This document shows, in pieces, positions 59,446-64,000 of a stretch of DNA of 64,000 nt. Made by a program: the position numbers and the translations under genes. The notes under the pieces were generated by a model. That model saw only the letters and a list, made by a program, of their open reading frames with translations. It did no database searches and had not been told where the DNA came from. How positions within the stretch are numbered: position 1 is the stretch's first letter; each line of letters starts with the position of its first letter. Source of the DNA: Mucilaginibacter sp. (GTDB lineage: Bacteria > Bacteroidota > Bacteroidia > Sphingobacteriales > Sphingobacteriaceae); contig NZ_JBCECK010000012.1 in assembly GCF_039207105.1 (NCBI RefSeq), positions 2,632 to 66,631 on the forward strand, in the 5' to 3' direction.

Positions 59446-62400
59446 ATGATGAGAACCTATACATTTCATATTAACGCCTACGACTTTGCATTTTTTGGAG
59501 CTATTTTTCTTGGGCTGGGCCTTGCGCTGCTTTTGTGGTTTGTCCCAAAAATGAACAGGGCCGCAAACCGGTTCCTGGCTTTGGCGCTTATGGTGGTTGT
59601 GTTGTATCTGGCTCATATACTGGCTATGGATATCGGGCTTGATGGTTATATCGCTCGCTGGAATTGGTTGCCATTGCCACTCTCGCTCGCTTTTGGTCCG
59701 TTGATTTTCTTTTATGTACTCAAGCTAACCCGGCCTGCATATCAATACCGGCTGAAGGATTTATTGCACTTTATTCCGTTGTTGTTTGAATTAGGTGTTC
59801 ACGGTTTGGAGATCAGGGAAAGTGGGAGAGCGGGATCGGGCACTTATACTAAGATGCTCTTTCAGCAGGTGAACCTTATTATACAGGCGTTTGCGTTGAT
59901 CTCGGTCATGATATACCTGTATTTTTGTTACGTACTTATCGAACGTTTTTACCGGCGTATAGAATTTAAAAATAATGACAGGTGCCGCTACGAAATGAAA
60001 TGGTTACATCACTTGCTAATTGTTTTCGGCTTTTTGTGGCTGTTGTGGCTACTCGTGGTAACCGTTGACTATTTTTATTACCACGATCAATCGGGTGCGC
60101 AAGCCTATTATCCACTATATCTACTTTTGGCGATAGTCTCGATCCGGACGGCTGCTATCGCATTTCTGAGGCCGGATGCCGGTTTAACTTCCGTTGCCCA
60201 ACCTGTTTTTAAGCCGGCGCCGCCAGAAGAGTCAAAGCGAAAAGGTACCTGGCTGAAGGGCATACTAAAGACTAACCAGTACTATCTGGATCCGGATCTT
60301 AGTTTACGCTCCCTGTCTGAAAAACTTGAACTGCACCCCAATGAACTGTCGCGGATATTGAATACTATACTTAAAAAAAGCTTTAACGACTTCATCAATG
60401 AATACCGCGTGGCAGCGGTTACCCAAAAAATGCTTAACCCGGCTTATGATCATTTAACCTTGCTGGGTATCGCGTTTGAATCGGGCTTTAATTCTAAAAC
60501 TACTTTTAACCGTACTTTCAAACAGTTGACCGGTAAAACCCCTGTCGAATATAAAAATGCTCTAAAAAAAGAGGGCCCATATTATAATTTGGAACGTCCG
60601 ACCCGTTTTGCGACGGTATTTTCGTATCAGCAAACGACTCCCAGGTGGAGCGATGTGAAATTAAATCGCAAAACAATGATCAAAAATTACTTCAAAATAG
60701 CCTGGCGTAACCTGTTGCGCAATAAAAGCTATGCCGCTATCAATGTTACCGGATTGGCTATAGGTATCGCGGCCTGCCTGCTGATATTCCTGGTTATTCA
60801 GTTTGAAACAAGTTTTGATAGTTTCCATGCCAATAGGGACCGGATCTATCGTATTGTTACGGTAAATAGTGGCCCTGATGGTGTTCATGCCGGATCGGGA
60901 ACACCATTGCCACTGGGGGAGGGATTAAAGCTTGATATTCCGCAAATCAAGCAGCTATCCAATATTATGCTGAATGGCGGTTCGCATTTTTCTATTCCGG
61001 CTGGGAGCGATGGTGCTGTGGTGAAAAAATTTAAAGAAGATCTGGCTTACTATGCTGACCCTGGTTTCTTTCAGATTTTTAATTTCAAATGGCTCGCAGG
61101 AGATAAACTTACTGCCTTATCCGAACCCAAAACGGTGGTATTAACCCGTGACGAGGCTGATAAGTTTTTTGGCGATTGGCGTACGGCAATGGGGAAAATA
61201 GTGCGTTACGAAAATAAGCGCGATTTGAAAGTGACCGGTATATTAGAGAATATGCCGGTAAATACCGATTTTCCGATGAAAGTGGCTATCTCCTGGCTCA
61301 CACTTATTGAAAAGGATGGGGATTTGAGCGGTAATGCCCAGGATTGGGTAAGTACTTTCGGCGACAGGAACTGCTATGTTGTTTTACCCCCGGGCCTCAG
61401 CGAAAAGCAGATGAACACCGAGTTGGGTTCCTTAGCCAAAAAACATATTCCGGCACCTTATAATAAAAACCAGACCTATCGATTACAGCCATTGAAAGAT
61501 ATGCATTATACCACCGATGTGGATGTTTACAGTGGGCACCCGTTTAGTAAACAGCTGATTAGGGTGATCAGCTTAATTGGCTTGTTCCTGCTGGTGATAG
61601 GCTGCGTTAACTTTATCAATCTGGCAACTGCGCAGGCTGTAAATCGCTCCAAGGAGGTGGGAATACGCAAGGTGCTGGGCAGTAACCGGTATCAGCTCCT
61701 GCTGCAATTTATTACCGAAACATTGATTATTACGCTGTTTGCTGTTGTACTGGCTTCTGTGCTGGCGCTTATCGCGTTGCCTATGCTGAACAGCCTGCTG
61801 GATGTGCGGTTGAGCAGCGGTTTCCTGGCAGATCCGGTAGTGATATTGTTTTTAGCGGGTGTAGTTATCGGTGTTACTTTTTTTGCCGGGTTTTATCCTG
61901 CGCTGGTTTTATCCGGATTTAACCCGATAGCGGCACTGCGAAATAAGATCAATGCCGGTAGGGCAAGCGGAATTTCATTGCGCAGGGTATTAGTGGTGAC
62001 CCAGTTCTGCATAGCCCAGTTCCTGGTTATCGGAACGCTGGTATTAATATACCAGATGAATTATTTTAAGAACAAATCCCTCGGCTTTAATAAAGATGCG
62101 GTAATTACAGTACCTTTTCCACGTGATAGTGCCGGTAGGGCGCGGGTTAGCGCCTTGAAAGACCAGCTATTGCAGCAGCCGGGAATAAAAGCGGTTAGCA
62201 CCAGTTTATATGCGCCGTCTGATAATGGTGGTTGGTTCAGCGATTTTAAATTTAACAATTCAGATAAGCAGGTTGATTTTGGGGCTTGCCTGAAATGGGC
62301 CGATGTCGATTATTTCAGGTTATACGATATTCAGTTTTTAGCCGGTGGGTTATACCCTAAATCAGACACGATATCCGGCTATGTGGTGAACGAGACCCTG

Positions 62401-63105
62401 ATCCATAAACTGGGTATTACCGATCCGAAACAGGCCATAGGTAAAAACATCATGCTCTGGAATAATAAGAACCTGAGGGCCGAAATCACGGGCGTGGTGA
62501 AGGATTTCAATACCAGATCGCTTCGTGGAGAAGTACCGCCGGTATTGATGGCGCCGTGGAAAGAGCAGTATGCCAAGTTGAATATAAAGGTTCGTCCCCA
62601 AAACCTGCGGCAAACTATGGCAGGTGTTGAAAGCTTGTGGAACAAAACTTACCCCGAAGGGGTGTATGAATACCAGTTTTTGGATAAAACCATAGCTCAT
62701 TTTTATAACAGTGAAGAGCAGCTATCCACGCTGTTCAAAATATTCGCCGGTATAGCCATCTTCATTTCCTGCCTTGGATTGTACGGCCTGGTGTCATTTA
62801 TGGCGGTACAGCGCACCAAAGAAGTTGGTATACGTAAAACATTAGGGGCCTCTGTGGGGCATATCGTGTACTTGTTTTCCAAAGAATTTACAGTGCTTAT
62901 CGTCATCGCGTTTGCGATATCAGCTCCGGTTGGCTATTACTTTATGCACAAATGGCTACAGGATTTTACCTACAGGATCACTATCGGGCCTGATATATTT
63001 ATCCTGTCCATATTAGCATCGGTCATCATTGCCTGGGCAAGCGTAGGTTATAAAGCGGTGAGGGCGGCGTTGGCTAACCCTGTAAAGAGTTTAAGGAGCG
63101 AATAA
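59446..63105 (+). CDS. Fusion of a 7TM sensor-AraC regulator (aa 1-~375) with a MacB/FtsX-type ABC permease (aa 411-1219)
   Basis: YYLDPDLSL..LS; SFNDFINEYRV; IAFESGFNSKTTFNRTFK..TG.TP; then MIKNYFKIAWRNLL, NFINLATA...RSKEVGIRKVLG, RTKEVGIRKTLGAS, ANPVKSLRSE; single open frame. Confidence 0.9.
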   Translation: MMRTYTFHINAYDFAFFGAIFLGLGLALLLWFVPKMNRAANRFLALALMVVVLYLAHILAMDIGLDGYIARWNWLPLPLSLAFGPLIFFYVLKLTRPAYQYRLKDLLHFIPLLFELGVHGLEIRESGRAGSGTYTKMLFQQVNLIIQAFALISVMIYLYFCYVLIERFYRRIEFKNNDRCRYEMKWLHHLLIVFGFLWLLWLLVVTVDYFYYHDQSGAQAYYPLYLLLAIVSIRTAAIAFLRPDAGLTSVAQPVFKPAPPEESKRKGTWLKGILKTNQYYLDPDLSLRSLSEKLELHPNELSRILNTILKKSFNDFINEYRVAAVTQKMLNPAYDHLTLLGIAFESGFNSKTTFNRTFKQLTGKTPVEYKNALKKEGPYYNLERPTRFATVFSYQQTTPRWSDVKLNRKTMIKNYFKIAWRNLLRNKSYAAINVTGLAIGIAACLLIFLVIQFETSFDSFHANRDRIYRIVTVNSGPDGVHAGSGTPLPLGEGLKLDIPQIKQLSNIMLNGGSHFSIPAGSDGAVVKKFKEDLAYYADPGFFQIFNFKWLAGDKLTALSEPKTVVLTRDEADKFFGDWRTAMGKIVRYENKRDLKVTGILENMPVNTDFPMKVAISWLTLIEKDGDLSGNAQDWVSTFGDRNCYVVLPPGLSEKQMNTELGSLAKKHIPAPYNKNQTYRLQPLKDMHYTTDVDVYSGHPFSKQLIRVISLIGLFLLVIGCVNFINLATAQAVNRSKEVGIRKVLGSNRYQLLLQFITETLIITLFAVVLASVLALIALPMLNSLLDVRLSSGFLADPVVILFLAGVVIGVTFFAGFYPALVLSGFNPIAALRNKINAGRASGISLRRVLVVTQFCIAQFLVIGTLVLIYQMNYFKNKSLGFNKDAVITVPFPRDSAGRARVSALKDQLLQQPGIKAVSTSLYAPSDNGGWFSDFKFNNSDKQVDFGACLKWADVDYFRLYDIQFLAGGLYPKSDTISGYVVNETLIHKLGITDPKQAIGKNIMLWNNKNLRAEITGVVKDFNTRSLRGEVPPVLMAPWKEQYAKLNIKVRPQNLRQTMAGVESLWNKTYPEGVYEYQFLDKTIAHFYNSEEQLSTLFKIFAGIAIFISCLGLYGLVSFMAVQRTKEVGIRKTLGASVGHIVYLFSKEFTVLIVIAFAISAPVGYYFMHKWLQDFTYRITIGPDIFILSILASVIIAWASVGYKAVRAALANPVKSLRSE

Positions 63106-63231
63106 GGTTTAGATAATACATCAAAATTTCCCTAATCATATCAAATCGCTGAATAGATTGACGATATGCGAGGGTATTTGTGTTGTCTTTTTTCCATACA
63201 CAGTAATTTACCGGATAAAGGTTTTAGTACG

Positions 63232-64000
63232 TTAATTTATAAATACTTCATCGGTAAACACCCATGCCGGTTTCCCCTTAGCCGGATGCCAGGCAGGCAT
63301 ACTTTTAAGAGAAGTGGCCAACAGTTTAATACAGGATATCGGCTGTACAGACTTTAACTTACACTTCAGATTAATGGTAGTGGGAGTGTCCTGCTTTTGA
63401 GGTGGCGCGGTTTTAATTGTACCTATCAATTTTAAATGCTCCTCATCCGGGCCGCCCCATACTTCTACCTGGGCTGGCAAGAAAATACGTGCATTAATTT
63501 TGCGCATTGAATTTAAACCGAGGCTGTGTATGGTTACAGGAGTACGGAACCACATGAGCATCCCCAGATCATGTTGGGAGGCAAGCCATTTGTTGTTGCC
63601 ATTATCTTCGCCGCCCATTTCCTTGTCTATAATGGTTTTGGGCCCATCAGCTTTATACCGGCCATCCGGCTGTTTAATAAAGGCTACACTATCTGGCGTA
63701 TAGGTGCATTTGTATACTTTAAATTCAACGGTATCACTACCAATCCAGCCGGGTTTAAAAGCTCTTGCCTTTATCAACGTGCTTTGGGTTAAATCAACTC
63801 CGGGTTTATATAACGTGGCGTTAACGCTATCGGGCACGCTGCCGTCTGTCGTATAACGTATATCAACACCTTTTACCGGATTGGCAAGTTGCAGCTGGTA
63901 TCGTTGTTTAAATACCACTGCTGTGTTTTTTAACTGAGGGTTGGTTAATTTTATAGCTTTACCATCATCTTTAAACCCGGTTAAAAATTTAAGGGTTTTG
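63232..64000 (-). CDS. 3' part of a larger gene: Fn3-associated/chitobiase-C-like domain plus discoidin-like domain; 5' end beyond the window
   Basis: Frame open from 63999 (KTLKFLTGFKDDG..); IRYTTDGSVPD; IKARAFKPGW; WVFTDEVFIN. Confidence 0.8.
   Translation of the reverse strand, partial: KTLKFLTGFKDDGKAIKLTNPQLKNTAVVFKQRYQLQLANPVKGVDIRYTTDGSVPDSVNATLYKPGVDLTQSTLIKARAFKPGWIGSDTVEFKVYKCTYTPDSVAFIKQPDGRYKADGPKTIIDKEMGGEDNGNNKWLASQHDLGMLMWFRTPVTIHSLGLNSMRKINARIFLPAQVEVWGGPDEEHLKLIGTIKTAPPQKQDTPTTINLKCKLKSVQPISCIKLLATSLKSMPAWHPAKGKPAWVFTDEVFIN

Noticed and set aside
2339-63792. The many 60-165 aa track ORFs nested in or antisense to long genes (e.g. 2339-2542, 11336-11830, 55916-56392, 62362-62700)
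   Set aside because: Shadow frames of well-supported genes; no motifs or plausible initiation context
1-64000. CRISPR arrays, tRNA/rRNA, IS elements, prophage or defence genes
   Set aside because: No spaced repeat array, cloverleaf, transposase/integrase motif or defence domain was recognisable by eye

Overview
Bacteroidota chromosome segment. Gene style, TAnnTTTG promoters and the ECF/FecR/SusC loci point to Sphingobacteriaceae such as Mucilaginibacter (inference). No rRNA, tRNA, CRISPR array, transposase or integrase was recognisable. From left to right: a beta-helix lipoprotein gene cut by the window edge; msrA; an ECF sigma-FecR-SusC-SusD locus with no attached enzyme; a decayed pectin cluster (AraC stump, frameshifted lipoprotein, two PL1 pectate lyases, CE12 acetylesterase); an ECF sigma divergent from a DoxX-like gene; MFS, YdeN hydrolase and pentapeptide genes; a LacI-controlled GH32/ROK PUL with three palindromic operators; an M13 peptidase; a second ECF-FecR-SusCD locus with a metallophosphoesterase and GH92; an AT-richer stress/detox block (PLP decarboxylase/LysR, AraC/SDR, katA-esterase-dps, NimT/NimR-like pair); an orphan histidine kinase; two tandem PqiA-domain genes; a membrane LytTR gene with a nonsense-interrupted serine hydrolase; and a 1219-aa fusion of a 7TM-AraC sensor with a MacB/FtsX permease. 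The strongest leads are that fusion, antisense promoter+terminator units (DonS-like sRNAs) at both fecR-susC junctions, the PqiA pair without an adjacent MCE gene, and mirror-image ECF promoters at 16.6 kb. All family calls come from motif recognition by eye; no database searches were run.
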